From an uncultured delta proteobacterium (GTDB lineage: Bacteria > Myxococcota > Myxococcia > Myxococcales > Anaeromyxobacteraceae): a stretch of DNA of 64,000 nucleotides. Location of the stretch: contig CAWFDF010000014.1 in the NCBI GenBank assembly GCA_963814585.1, positions 480,001 through 544,000 of the forward strand, written 5' to 3'. The translations under genes and the position numbers were made by a program. Below the pieces are notes generated by a model. It had not been told where the DNA came from. It made no database searches and worked only from the letters and a program-made list of their open reading frames with translations. Positions within the stretch are counted from its first letter, which is position 1. The number at the start of each line of letters is the position of its first letter. Shown piece by piece: positions 21,299 to 30,128 of this stretch.

Positions 21299-21370
21299 GA
21301 GACGGGCAGGATACCCCAGGTCCGCGGCCGGATGCCGCAGCGACGCTGCGACGCGGCGCAGCACCACCGG

Positions 21371-21826
21371 TCAATGGCCAGGGTGCCGCTCGTTCCCCGG
21401 GAGCGCGCCCCTCACCTGCTCCTCCGCCCTGGCCCGGAGATACGGGAGCACGCGCCCCATGGGAACGCCGACCGGGCAGAGCGCCTGGCACCCGGCGCAG
21501 CCCTGGCAGGCGTCGAGCAGGTCACGGGCCGCCGCCAGGTCTCCGCCGGTCCGACCGACCAGCCGGAAGGCCGCCGGCAGCCCGAGCGCCCGCACCGCCG
21601 GGGACGCCGACGCCAGCCGGCAGCCGGGCTCGCAGAGGCCGCACCCGATGCAGCGCGAGGCGAGGAAGGAGATCTCACGGTCGGCCGGGCTGGTCGGCGA
21701 GAGGTGGTCGGCCGCGAAGTTCGCCTGGAACCGCTCCAGCCCGGTGCCGCGCCGGAACAGCCGCTTCACCGGCTCCACCAGGACGGCGCGCCAGCCGAGA
21801 TAGGCGAGGGCGTGCAGGCTGGGCAT
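21371..21826 (-). CDS. Small 2x[4Fe-4S] protein (GlpC N-terminal-like)
   Basis: CIGCGLCEPGC and CQGCAGCQALCP; follows glpB. Confidence 0.75.
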   Translation of the reverse strand: MPSLHALAYLGWRAVLVEPVKRLFRRGTGLERFQANFAADHLSPTSPADREISFLASRCIGCGLCEPGCRLASASPAVRALGLPAAFRLVGRTGGDLAAARDLLDACQGCAGCQALCPVGVPMGRVLPYLRARAEEQVRGALPGNERHPGH

Positions 21827-21828
21827 GG

Positions 21829-23139
21829 TCAGCCTCCTCCCCGCGCCGAGGCTGCCGCGCCCCGCCCGGCGATCCAGCCCGTCAGGATGGCCACGCCGAG
21901 CCCGGTCCCGTCGGCGGCGTGCTCGTGGCCGCCGATGACGGCCCCGGCGGCGAAGAGCCGGTCGCCGGCCGGTCGCCCCTCCTCGTCGAGCGGCCGGCAG
22001 GCCTGGTCCACGGCGACCCCGGCCGCCAGCAGCGGCTGCGCTGCCGTCCGCTCCCGGGTCGTGAGGAGCGAAGGCGCCCGCCCGGCCAGCGCCAGCCCGG
22101 CCGCGCCTGCCTCCGAGGCCAGCACCGCCAGCCCGAGCAGGGGCTCCACCAGGCCGGCGCGCCGCGCCAGGCCGCCGCCGAGGTAGCGGCCGGTGGCCAG
22201 CACCCAGGAGCGCGCCTCGACCATCACCGCCCCGATCCGGATCGCCTGCCCCGGCCCGCCACCGGGACCCACCTCGCCGGAGAGGACCTCGACGCCCGCG
22301 TCGCCGAGGCGCGCCAGCAGCGCGGCGTCGAGCCGGAGCCCCGGCACCGACGGGGGATCGGCCACCACCTCGGCCACCGGCAGGCCGGCCGCCGCCTCGA
22401 CCCGCTCGTGGACCCGCGCCGCCGGGTCGAGCCCGAGCACCGGCGCCACCAGCGCCACGGAGGCGCCGCGCGGCAGCACGGCGCGGATCGCCTCGCCCAG
22501 CGCCTCGGCAGCGCCGGGTCGCTCCAGCGCCCGCGCCAGCTCGATCGGTCGCAGCGCCCCGTCCTCCGGCCCGGTGAAGGCGGCGGCCTCGGCCACCGCC
22601 ACGCCCGGCCCGCCGGCGGGCGCCAGCCGGGCCACCGCCGAGGCCACCAGCCGGGCGTCGAAGCCGAGGTGCCCGGAGAAGCCGACCACCACCGCCAGGC
22701 CACGCACCCGCCGCAGGTCGCCGGCCGCCTGCGAGTGGAGGCAGAGCGCGCACTCCGCCACCCCGCCCGACAGGTGGGCGAGGAAGCGCGGCCGGCCGTC
22801 GGGCGGCTCCACCAGCGGCGAGAGATGGGCCGCTGCGAAGCCGAGCGCCTCCTCCAGATCGTGGACGCCGAGCACGGCGTAGGGGTGGCCGGGCCGCCGC
22901 GCCGCCAGGCGGCGCGCCGACTCGAGCGGCGAACGGCGCCCGCGCAGCGGGTCGCCGGGGAGCGCGTCGAGGTCGGGCGAGACGCCGAAGGCGCCGCCCG
23001 AGAGCGCGGTGGCCCCGGGGGATCGCCGCACCAGCAGCACGGTGGCGCCGGCCGCCCGGGCCTGCAGCGCCGCCACCGCGCCGGCCAGCCCGCCGCCGAT
23101 CACCAGCACGTCGGCGCGCCTCGGGGCGGCGTCGATCAT
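21829..23139 (-). CDS. glpB: Anaerobic glycerol-3-phosphate dehydrogenase subunit B-like
   Basis: DVLVIGGGLAG, GATALSGG, PPSVPGLRL, VLATGRYLGGGL, LFAAGAVIGG, GTGLGVAI. Confidence 0.85.
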   Translation of the reverse strand: MIDAAPRRADVLVIGGGLAGAVAALQARAAGATVLLVRRSPGATALSGGAFGVSPDLDALPGDPLRGRRSPLESARRLAARRPGHPYAVLGVHDLEEALGFAAAHLSPLVEPPDGRPRFLAHLSGGVAECALCLHSQAAGDLRRVRGLAVVVGFSGHLGFDARLVASAVARLAPAGGPGVAVAEAAAFTGPEDGALRPIELARALERPGAAEALGEAIRAVLPRGASVALVAPVLGLDPAARVHERVEAAAGLPVAEVVADPPSVPGLRLDAALLARLGDAGVEVLSGEVGPGGGPGQAIRIGAVMVEARSWVLATGRYLGGGLARRAGLVEPLLGLAVLASEAGAAGLALAGRAPSLLTTRERTAAQPLLAAGVAVDQACRPLDEEGRPAGDRLFAAGAVIGGHEHAADGTGLGVAILTGWIAGRGAAASARGGG

Positions 23140-24764
23140 CCGACCCCCCAGTGGGCGCCGCGCAGCAGCTCTTCCTGGGCCAGCTGCGGGCCGCCCAGGA
23201 CCGCGCGCCGCTCCCGCCAGCCGGCCTCCAGCAGCTCGGCCAGCTCGGCCCGGGTCCGCTCCGCCGGCCAGCCCAGCTCCCGCCCCGTGAGCTGGGCCGC
23301 CAGCCGGGCGCAGTCGAGCCCGCCGCAGGCCCCCACCGAGAGCCGGAGCCGGGTCCGCAGGTCGACCAGCCTGCGGACCAGCTCGTGCCGCACGCAGTGG
23401 ACCACCTCGGCCGCCAGGATCCCCTCCTCGCGGCAGACCAGCAGCCGCAGGCGCGGGTCCTCGTCGCAGAGCCGCAGCACCTCGCCGGCGCCGGCGCCGT
23501 GCCGGTAGACCACCCGCGTCGCCACCGGGAGGGCCACGCGGTGCGCCGCCGCCAGCGCCACCGGGTCGGCTGGCGCCTCGCCGCCCGGGAGCGCCACCTG
23601 GTGCGTGCGGCAGGCGACCGGCGGGCGCCCGAGGGCGCGGAGGATCCGGTCGGTCACCTCCTCCGACTGGACCCGGTAGCTGGCCAGCTTGCCGCCCACG
23701 TAGGAGAGGAGGCCGGCGGCCCCCTCGGCGGCGTGATCGACGATCTCGTGCTCGCGGGAGAGCGCGTCCTCGTTCGGCCCGTAGGCGTGGAGCGTGGTCC
23801 GCAGGGACCAGAAGGCCCGCGTCAGCCGCGCCTCCCTCACCGCCGGGAAGACCGAGGCCGCCCCCTCGAGCAGGTACTCGACGTCGTCCGCGCTGGCCTC
23901 GCAGTCGTCGGGGTCGCCGTAGAAGTCGTCGTCGGTGGTGGCGATCCAGCTCTCCCGCTCGTGCGGATAGACGAACATCATCCGGCCGTCGACCGCGTTG
24001 CAGACGATGGCGTAGTCGGAGAGCCGCCGGTCCATGACCAGGTGGACCCCCTTGCCGGGCCGCATCCGCACCGTCACCCCCTGCCGCCTCGCGAAGGCCG
24101 GCGACCAGGCGCCGGTGGCGTTGAAGACGACCGGCGCCCGCGCCTCGCCCCGCTCCCCGGTCACCCGGTCCACCCAGCGGACGCCGACGACCCGGCCTCC
24201 CTCCCGGACCACCTCCCGCGCCTCGGTCCAGGTCCGCACCTCGGCGCCGTGGGCCCTGGCCGCCAGGGCGTTGAGCACGCAGAGCCGGTGGGGGTCGATG
24301 CCCCATTCGTCGAAGGTGACGGCGCCGTGCAGGCCGGGGCGCAGGCCGGGTTCGAGCTGGTAGAGCTCGTCGGCGCTGAGGCGCACCGAGGGCTTGCCGC
24401 GCTTGAGCGGCTGGAAGACGTCGTAGGTGGAGAAGAAGACCGCGGTGGCGTAGGCCATGGCCCGCTCCACGAGGGACTGGCGCTCGCGCCGCGAGGTGAA
24501 GGGGAGCAGGAAGGGGATGCGGAAGAGCAGGTGCGGCGCCAGCCGCTGGATGACGCCGGAGTCGCGGCAAGCCAGCTCGGTGACCTTGGGCCCCGACAGC
24601 ATGTAGCGCGGACCGCCGTGGATGAGCCCCGAGTTGCCGCCCGAGGCGCCGGAAGCCAGGTCGCCGCGCTCCAGCAGCAGCACCTTCAGCCCGCGCATGG
24701 CGCAGTCGCGCGCCGTGCCCAGCCCGTTGACCCCGCCCCCGAGCACGATGACGTCGAAGCTCAC
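23136..24764 (-). CDS. glpA: Glycerol-3-phosphate dehydrogenase subunit A (FAD) with C-terminal BFD-like Cys motif
   Basis: GGGVNG...GASGGNSGLIHGG, KGVHL, GGKLASYR, VCREE, RLSVGACGGLDC. Confidence 0.9.
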   Translation of the reverse strand: MSFDVIVLGGGVNGLGTARDCAMRGLKVLLLERGDLASGASGGNSGLIHGGPRYMLSGPKVTELACRDSGVIQRLAPHLLFRIPFLLPFTSRRERQSLVERAMAYATAVFFSTYDVFQPLKRGKPSVRLSADELYQLEPGLRPGLHGAVTFDEWGIDPHRLCVLNALAARAHGAEVRTWTEAREVVREGGRVVGVRWVDRVTGERGEARAPVVFNATGAWSPAFARRQGVTVRMRPGKGVHLVMDRRLSDYAIVCNAVDGRMMFVYPHERESWIATTDDDFYGDPDDCEASADDVEYLLEGAASVFPAVREARLTRAFWSLRTTLHAYGPNEDALSREHEIVDHAAEGAAGLLSYVGGKLASYRVQSEEVTDRILRALGRPPVACRTHQVALPGGEAPADPVALAAAHRVALPVATRVVYRHGAGAGEVLRLCDEDPRLRLLVCREEGILAAEVVHCVRHELVRRLVDLRTRLRLSVGACGGLDCARLAAQLTGRELGWPAERTRAELAELLEAGWRERRAVLGGPQLAQEELLRGAHWGVG

Positions 24765-24862
24765 GTCCCCCCCGAGCGCCGGAGTCTACCGCGCCCGGGC
24801 GGGACCCGGACGGCGCATCCGGGGCGCGGCTTCGCCCGAGCCGCGGCGATGCGACGCGGGCG

Positions 24863-26677
24863 CTACTTCGGCTGCTCGGCGGTGCTCTTGACGTACAGGT
24901 CGCGCAGCTGCTTCGAGTCCACGTCGCCGGGGGCGCCGGTCATGAGATCCGTCCCCTTCTGCGTCTTGGGCCAGGCCACCACGTCGCGCAGCGACTCGGC
25001 GCCGGTGAGCAGCATCACCAGCCGGTCCATGCCCAGCGCGATGCCGCCGTGCGGCGGGGCGCCCATCTTGAGGGCGTCGAGCAGGAAGCCGAACTTGTTG
25101 CGCGCGTCCTCGTCGCTGATCCCCATGGCCTTGAAGACGCGGGCCTGCACCTCCGGGTCGTGCAGGCGGATGGAGCCGCCGCCGATCTCGAAGCCGTTGA
25201 GGACGCAGTCGTAGCGGTAGCAGTCCACCTTGCCCGGATCGGTCTCCAGGAACTGCAGGCACTCGTCGTGCGGCCGGGTGAAGGCGTGGTGGGCGGCGGC
25301 CCACTGCCCCGACTCCTCGTCGAACTCGAAGAGCGGCGGGTTGACCACCCAGAGGAAGCGCCAGGCGCCGCCCGAGCCGTACTCGGGGATGAGGCCGAGC
25401 CGCTTGCCGAGGTGGAGGCGGAGGTTGGCCATCACGGTCTGGACCACCGACTCCTTGCCGAACTGGAAGAGCAGCAGGTCGCCGGACGTGGCGGAGCAGG
25501 CGGCGTTGATGGCGGCGCGCAGGCCAGGCGTGATGGTCTTGGCGAAGGGCGACTGGGTCCACTCGCCGCCCTCACCGACCTTGGCGCGGGCCAGCCCCCT
25601 GGAGCCCATGCCCTTGACGAACTCCTCGAGCTTGTCGATCTCGGTGCGCGAGAGGTTGGCCGAGGCCGGGACCTTCATGGCCTTGACGATCCCCTTGGCG
25701 GCGACCGCCTCGGCCAGCAGCGGCACGCCGCCGCCGCCGTGCTCCCTCACCAGCGCGGTGAGCACCACGTGCTCCATGCCGAAGCGGAGATCGGGCTTGT
25801 CGTTGCCGTACCGGTCCATCGACTCGTAGAAGGGCATGCGCTGGAACGGGCGCGGGATCTCCACCCCGAGCACGTCCTTCCAGAGCGTGACGATCAGCCC
25901 CTCGATGACGTCGAAGACGTCGTCCTGCTTGACGAAGGACATCTCCACGTCGATCTGCGTGAACTCGGGCTGCCGGTCGACGCGCAGATCCTCGTCGCGG
26001 AAGCAGCGCACGATCTGGAAGTACCGGTCGAAGCCCGCGATCATGTAGAGCTGCTTGAAGAGCTGCGGGCTCTCGGCCAGCGCGTAGAACTTGCCGGGGT
26101 TGAGGCGCGACGGGACCAGGAAGTTGCGCGCCCCGCCCGGCGTGTACTTCACCATGAACGGGGTCTCGAGCTCGAGGAAGCCCTGGCCGGTGAAGTGGTT
26201 GCGGGTGAGGTGGTTGACCCGGGCCCGGGTCATCAGCGTCTTCTGCATGGGGGCCCGGCGCAGGTCGAGGAAGCGGTACTGCAGCCGCTTCTCCTCGGCG
26301 GTGTCGAGCTTGTCCTCGACCTGGAAGGGGAGCGGCTCGGAGCGGTTGAAGATCTCCAGCTCGCTGGCGTGGACCTCGATCTCGCCGGTCCTGAGCTTCG
26401 GGTTGACGTTGCCGCCCCGCGAGACCACCGTGCCGCGCACCCCCACGCAGTACTCGAGGCGGAGCTGGCCGGCCAGGTCGTGGACCTCGGGGCGAACGTC
26501 CTGCTCGAAGACCACCTGGGTCACGCCCTCGCGGTCGCGCAGGTCGATGAAGACCGCGCCGCCGTGGTCGCGCCGGTTGTTGACCCAGCCGTAGAGGATG
26601 ACCTCGGAGCCGACCTCGGCCTTGGTGAGCTGTCCACAGCTGTGCGTCCGCTTGAGGTCGGTGATGAAGCGCGCCAC
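24863..26677 (-). CDS. aspS: Aspartate-tRNA ligase (likely non-discriminating, RRDHGG)
   Basis: KRTHSCG, RRDHGG.VFIDLRD, FRDEDLR.DRQPEFTQID, GAPPHGGIALGMDRL. Confidence 0.98.
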   Translation of the reverse strand: MARFITDLKRTHSCGQLTKAEVGSEVILYGWVNNRRDHGGAVFIDLRDREGVTQVVFEQDVRPEVHDLAGQLRLEYCVGVRGTVVSRGGNVNPKLRTGEIEVHASELEIFNRSEPLPFQVEDKLDTAEEKRLQYRFLDLRRAPMQKTLMTRARVNHLTRNHFTGQGFLELETPFMVKYTPGGARNFLVPSRLNPGKFYALAESPQLFKQLYMIAGFDRYFQIVRCFRDEDLRVDRQPEFTQIDVEMSFVKQDDVFDVIEGLIVTLWKDVLGVEIPRPFQRMPFYESMDRYGNDKPDLRFGMEHVVLTALVREHGGGGVPLLAEAVAAKGIVKAMKVPASANLSRTEIDKLEEFVKGMGSRGLARAKVGEGGEWTQSPFAKTITPGLRAAINAACSATSGDLLLFQFGKESVVQTVMANLRLHLGKRLGLIPEYGSGGAWRFLWVVNPPLFEFDEESGQWAAAHHAFTRPHDECLQFLETDPGKVDCYRYDCVLNGFEIGGGSIRLHDPEVQARVFKAMGISDEDARNKFGFLLDALKMGAPPHGGIALGMDRLVMLLTGAESLRDVVAWPKTQKGTDLMTGAPGDVDSKQLRDLYVKSTAEQPK

Positions 26678-27013
26678 GAAGGGCCTCCCCGCTGCAAAGT
26701 TGGGGGGGCATCTCACACCGCGAGACGCTCGAGGTCAAGGAGGAGCGATGCTCGCCCCGGCGGCCAGCCCATCGACCCCCTGGACCAGGGCCTGCATGGC
26801 CTCCCAGACGACCTGGGCCTTCCAGCTCGTGGCGTCCTGGAAGAAGGCGCCGCGAAGCCGACGCTGGATCCGCGCGGCGGGCGCGGGGCGCCCCGGGGTG
26901 GTTGGCCAGCCCCGGCTCGGCGCCAGGGGGGCCGGCGGCAGCGGGCGCCTCGACCCGGCGGAGGTGAAGGCCGGCCGGCGATGTCACGCCGGCCGGCTCC
27001 CCCGTCCCTCACC

Positions 27014-29026
27014 TCACGGCATCACGCACCGATCCATCGGGGTGGGATCGCACTTCGAGGCGGTGCAGGAGCCCGAGATGCAGTCCGTGCCGAAGAGGCC
27101 CGGGTTGCACGCGGCGCCGTCGGCAACCTGAGCCTTGCAGATCGGGCTGGGCGCCAGGAAGTCGCAGTACCCCGTGAGACAGATGCCATCGGGGCAGGCC
27201 TCGCCGACCTTCGGCCAGGAGACGCACTTGCTGGTGCCCGAGTCACAGGCATAGCCAAGCCCGCAGACGCTGTCGTATGGCGAGGCGCCAGGGGTGCAGC
27301 TCCCGCCCAGGCCGACGTAGGCCTGGCAGGTGGCCGGGGTGCCCACGCAGGTGGTGAGTGCGTCGCAGTGGCTCGCGCTGGGGGAGCAGCTGCTCCCGGC
27401 CGGCAGGAGCGCCTTGCAGACCGAGACGTCGCACCAGAGGTTGTCCTGGCACGGGCAGGCGCCGCCCAGGCCCGACTGCACCTTGCAGACCGAGGCGTCG
27501 CAGACGAGCCCGTCGGCGCAGTCCGGGCCCTGGCAGGCCTGCCCCAACGTCTTGAAGGCCTGGCAGGTGCCCGGGCAGGTCCCGGTCGGCAAGTCCCAGG
27601 TGCAGAAGCCGGACGCGCAGGCCTCGCTGGAGTAGCAGGTCCCGCCGTTGGCGACGTTCCCGATCAGCGAGGCGTTGCAGACCGCCGGGACCGTGACGCC
27701 GCCCTCGGAGGAGATCGAGGAGCAGGTGAGGGCCTGGATGGCGCTCCCGCAGGCCGCGCCCTGGGTGGTGTCGTAGGTGATGTGCCCGGCGGTGATCTGC
27801 CGCTGCGCCTCGCCGCAGAAGGCCTGCTCGGGGCCCATGAAGGCCGCGATGAGGTCCGGGTTGTAGTGGAGGCAGGACGTCATCAGGCTGATCTGCGTGT
27901 CGAAGACGGAGTTGCAGATCGCCAGGAAGTCGGAGCCGCCTCCGGTGTCGATCACGTAGCTGGCCGAGCCCACCGCGCTGGTGGCGTAGCCGGCGGCGCT
28001 GGCGATGGCCTTGATGGTCATGGAGGCGGCCACCGGGATCGGCGCCGAGTAGACCGTGGAGGCCGTCGTCGGCGTGCTGCCGTTGGTCGTGTAGTGGATC
28101 GTCGCGCCCGGCGTGGTGGTGGCGATGACCACCGACTGGGCCGAGGTGAAGGTCCCGGCCCCCGGTGTGAAGGTGGGCGTGGCGGCCGCCGGCAGGTCGA
28201 TGACGTAGGCCGCGGTCGCCACCAGGCTGGCGGTGTGGCCGCCACCGATGGCGATGGCCCGGATGGTGAGGCTGGCGCCCACCGCGACGGGCGTCGAGTA
28301 GGCCGGGGAGGCCGTGGTCGGCGTGCTGCCGTCGGTCGTGTAGTGGATGGTGGCGCCGGCCGTGGTCGTGGAGAGGGTCACCGACTGCGCCGAGGCGTAG
28401 GTGCCGGCCGGCGGATTGAAGGTCGGCGCCGCCGCCGGCGTGGCGGCCGGGTCGATGACGAACGTGGAGGAGGCCACCGCGCTGTCGGCGAAGCCGGGGG
28501 CCAGGGCGATGGCCTTGACGGTGGTGGTGACCGTCGTGGCGCCGAGCGGGAGCGGGATGGCCGCGGTGTAGGTGAACGACGCCGCGGTCGGCGTCGTCCC
28601 GTCGGTCGTGTAGTGGATGGTCGCCCCGGGCGTGGCGCTGGTGATGGTCACGCTCTGCGCCGTGGCGTAGGTGCCGGCCGCCGGCGAGATCACCGGCGTC
28701 GCCGCCTGCAGCGTGTAGGTCGCGGAGGCCACGGCGCTGCTGGTCATGCCGGAGGCGGTGGCCATGGCCTTGATGGTGGTCGTGGTGGTGACGGAGATGG
28801 CGCTGGCGTAGGTGGGCGACGAGGACGTCGGCGTCGAGCCGTCGGTGGTGTAGTGGATGGCCGCGCCGGCCGTGGCGCTGGCCAGGCTCACGCTCTGGAC
28901 GGTATGGTAGGTGCCGGCCGCAGGCGAGAACGTCGGGGTCGCCACCGTGGTGACGACCGTCTCGCCGTTGCTCCCACCGCCGCAGGCGGCGAGCGTGAGG
29001 GCCGCGATCGCAACGAGCTTCCGCAT
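27014..29026 (-). CDS. Lipoprotein with four chitobiase/FN3-associated repeats and a Cys-rich C-terminus
   Basis: Lipobox LAAC; 4x (A/V)ATP.FSP.AGTY...IHYTT(D/N)GSTPT; C-terminal region with dense Cys pattern. Confidence 0.85.
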   Translation of the reverse strand: MRKLVAIAALTLAACGGGSNGETVVTTVATPTFSPAAGTYHTVQSVSLASATAGAAIHYTTDGSTPTSSSPTYASAISVTTTTTIKAMATASGMTSSAVASATYTLQAATPVISPAAGTYATAQSVTITSATPGATIHYTTDGTTPTAASFTYTAAIPLPLGATTVTTTVKAIALAPGFADSAVASSTFVIDPAATPAAAPTFNPPAGTYASAQSVTLSTTTAGATIHYTTDGSTPTTASPAYSTPVAVGASLTIRAIAIGGGHTASLVATAAYVIDLPAAATPTFTPGAGTFTSAQSVVIATTTPGATIHYTTNGSTPTTASTVYSAPIPVAASMTIKAIASAAGYATSAVGSASYVIDTGGGSDFLAICNSVFDTQISLMTSCLHYNPDLIAAFMGPEQAFCGEAQRQITAGHITYDTTQGAACGSAIQALTCSSISSEGGVTVPAVCNASLIGNVANGGTCYSSEACASGFCTWDLPTGTCPGTCQAFKTLGQACQGPDCADGLVCDASVCKVQSGLGGACPCQDNLWCDVSVCKALLPAGSSCSPSASHCDALTTCVGTPATCQAYVGLGGSCTPGASPYDSVCGLGYACDSGTSKCVSWPKVGEACPDGICLTGYCDFLAPSPICKAQVADGAACNPGLFGTDCISGSCTASKCDPTPMDRCVMP

Positions 29027-29214
29027 GGGATCCTCCTCCGGAGATGGTGTGGGCGTCCGGGTGCCGAGCGGAAGTGTGCGCCCATTCCTCGTCACCGGAG
29101 GCGGCGAAGGACGTCTGGCCCCATCCGGACTCCCGCCTCCCTCTACCGGAAGGGGCGCCCCGGGAGGGCTCACGGCCATCAGGTCCTGGCGCGGGCTTGC
29201 CGGCCTTCCCCCGT

Positions 29215-30052
29215 CTACGGCCTGTCGTGGCGCGAGCGGGCTCGCACCTTCCTCTCCTGCAGCAGGTTGCCGCCGTCGACCACCACGGTGGCGCCGTTCA
29301 CGTAGCTGGCCCCCTCGGAGGCGAGGAAGGCGATGACCTCCGCCACCTCCTCGGGCCGTCCGGCCCGGCCCGGGGGCGTGGCGCGGCCGGCGCGGAGCTC
29401 GGCCGGCGTGCTGGCGGCGGTGGCGATCCAGCCCGGCGCGACGTCGTTGACGGTGATGCCGCCCCGCGCCAGCTCCAGCGCCAGGGTCCTGGTGAGGCCG
29501 CCGAGCGCCGCCTTGCCGGCGGCGTACGGGCTCTCGCCCGGGTTGGAGACCAGTGGCCCGGTCACCGAGGTGACGTTGACGATCCGACCCCCGCCGGCGC
29601 GGCCCCGCGCGCCGCCGCTGCGCCTCAGAGCGGGCAGCGCCGCCCGGATCACGTTCACCGCGGTGAGCAGGTTGGTGTCGAGCGAGGCGCGCCAGGCCTC
29701 GAGGGAGAGGGCGGCGAACGGCTTCACCACCTCCGGCGCCCCGACGCGCCCCATGCCGGCGTTGTTCACCAGCACGTCCAGCCGGCCGAAGCGCTCCAGG
29801 GCCAGGTCGACCACGGCGCGGGCGGAGCGGGGGTCGGACAGGTCCGCGACCACCCCGGCGGCTTCGGCCCCCTGGCCGGCCAGCGCCGCCACCCGGTCGT
29901 GGATGCGAGCCGTCGTCGAGGTGATCGACCACGGCCAGGCCGTGACGGGCCAGGAGCGAGGCGGCGGCGAAGCCGATGCCGTCGGCGCTGCCGGCTCCGG
30001 TGACGAGGGCGACGCGGCGAGGCGAGACGGGGCGGCGCTGGCGGATCGGCAT
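29215..30052 (-). CDS. SDR family oxidoreductase; apparent frameshift near 29930
   Basis: VALVTGAGSADGIG, DVLVNNAG, YAAGK, YVNGATVVVDGG. Confidence 0.88.
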
Positions 30053-30128
30053 GCGAGAGGATAGGCGGAACCGCTCCCGGTGCGGGCCGGATACTGGGGG
30101 TGCCGCGCCGGGGAGCCCCGGCCCGAGG

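Noticed and set aside
27950..28950. Repeated GTAGTGGAT-containing blocks as a non-coding array
   Set aside because: They are the four protein repeats (IHYTTDG) of the lipoprotein
25049..29305. Very long alternative ORFs (1418 aa here; also 45586..49530, 14094..17351, 8364..10517 and others)
   Set aside because: Antisense or off-frame shadows of real genes, caused by stop-codon scarcity in GC-rich DNA; Arg/Pro/Gly-rich with no motifs
27014..30052. SDR-lipoprotein fusion (1012-aa ORF)
   Set aside because: Artefact of the SDR frameshift; the lipoprotein has its own SD (GGAGGA) and signal peptide at 29026
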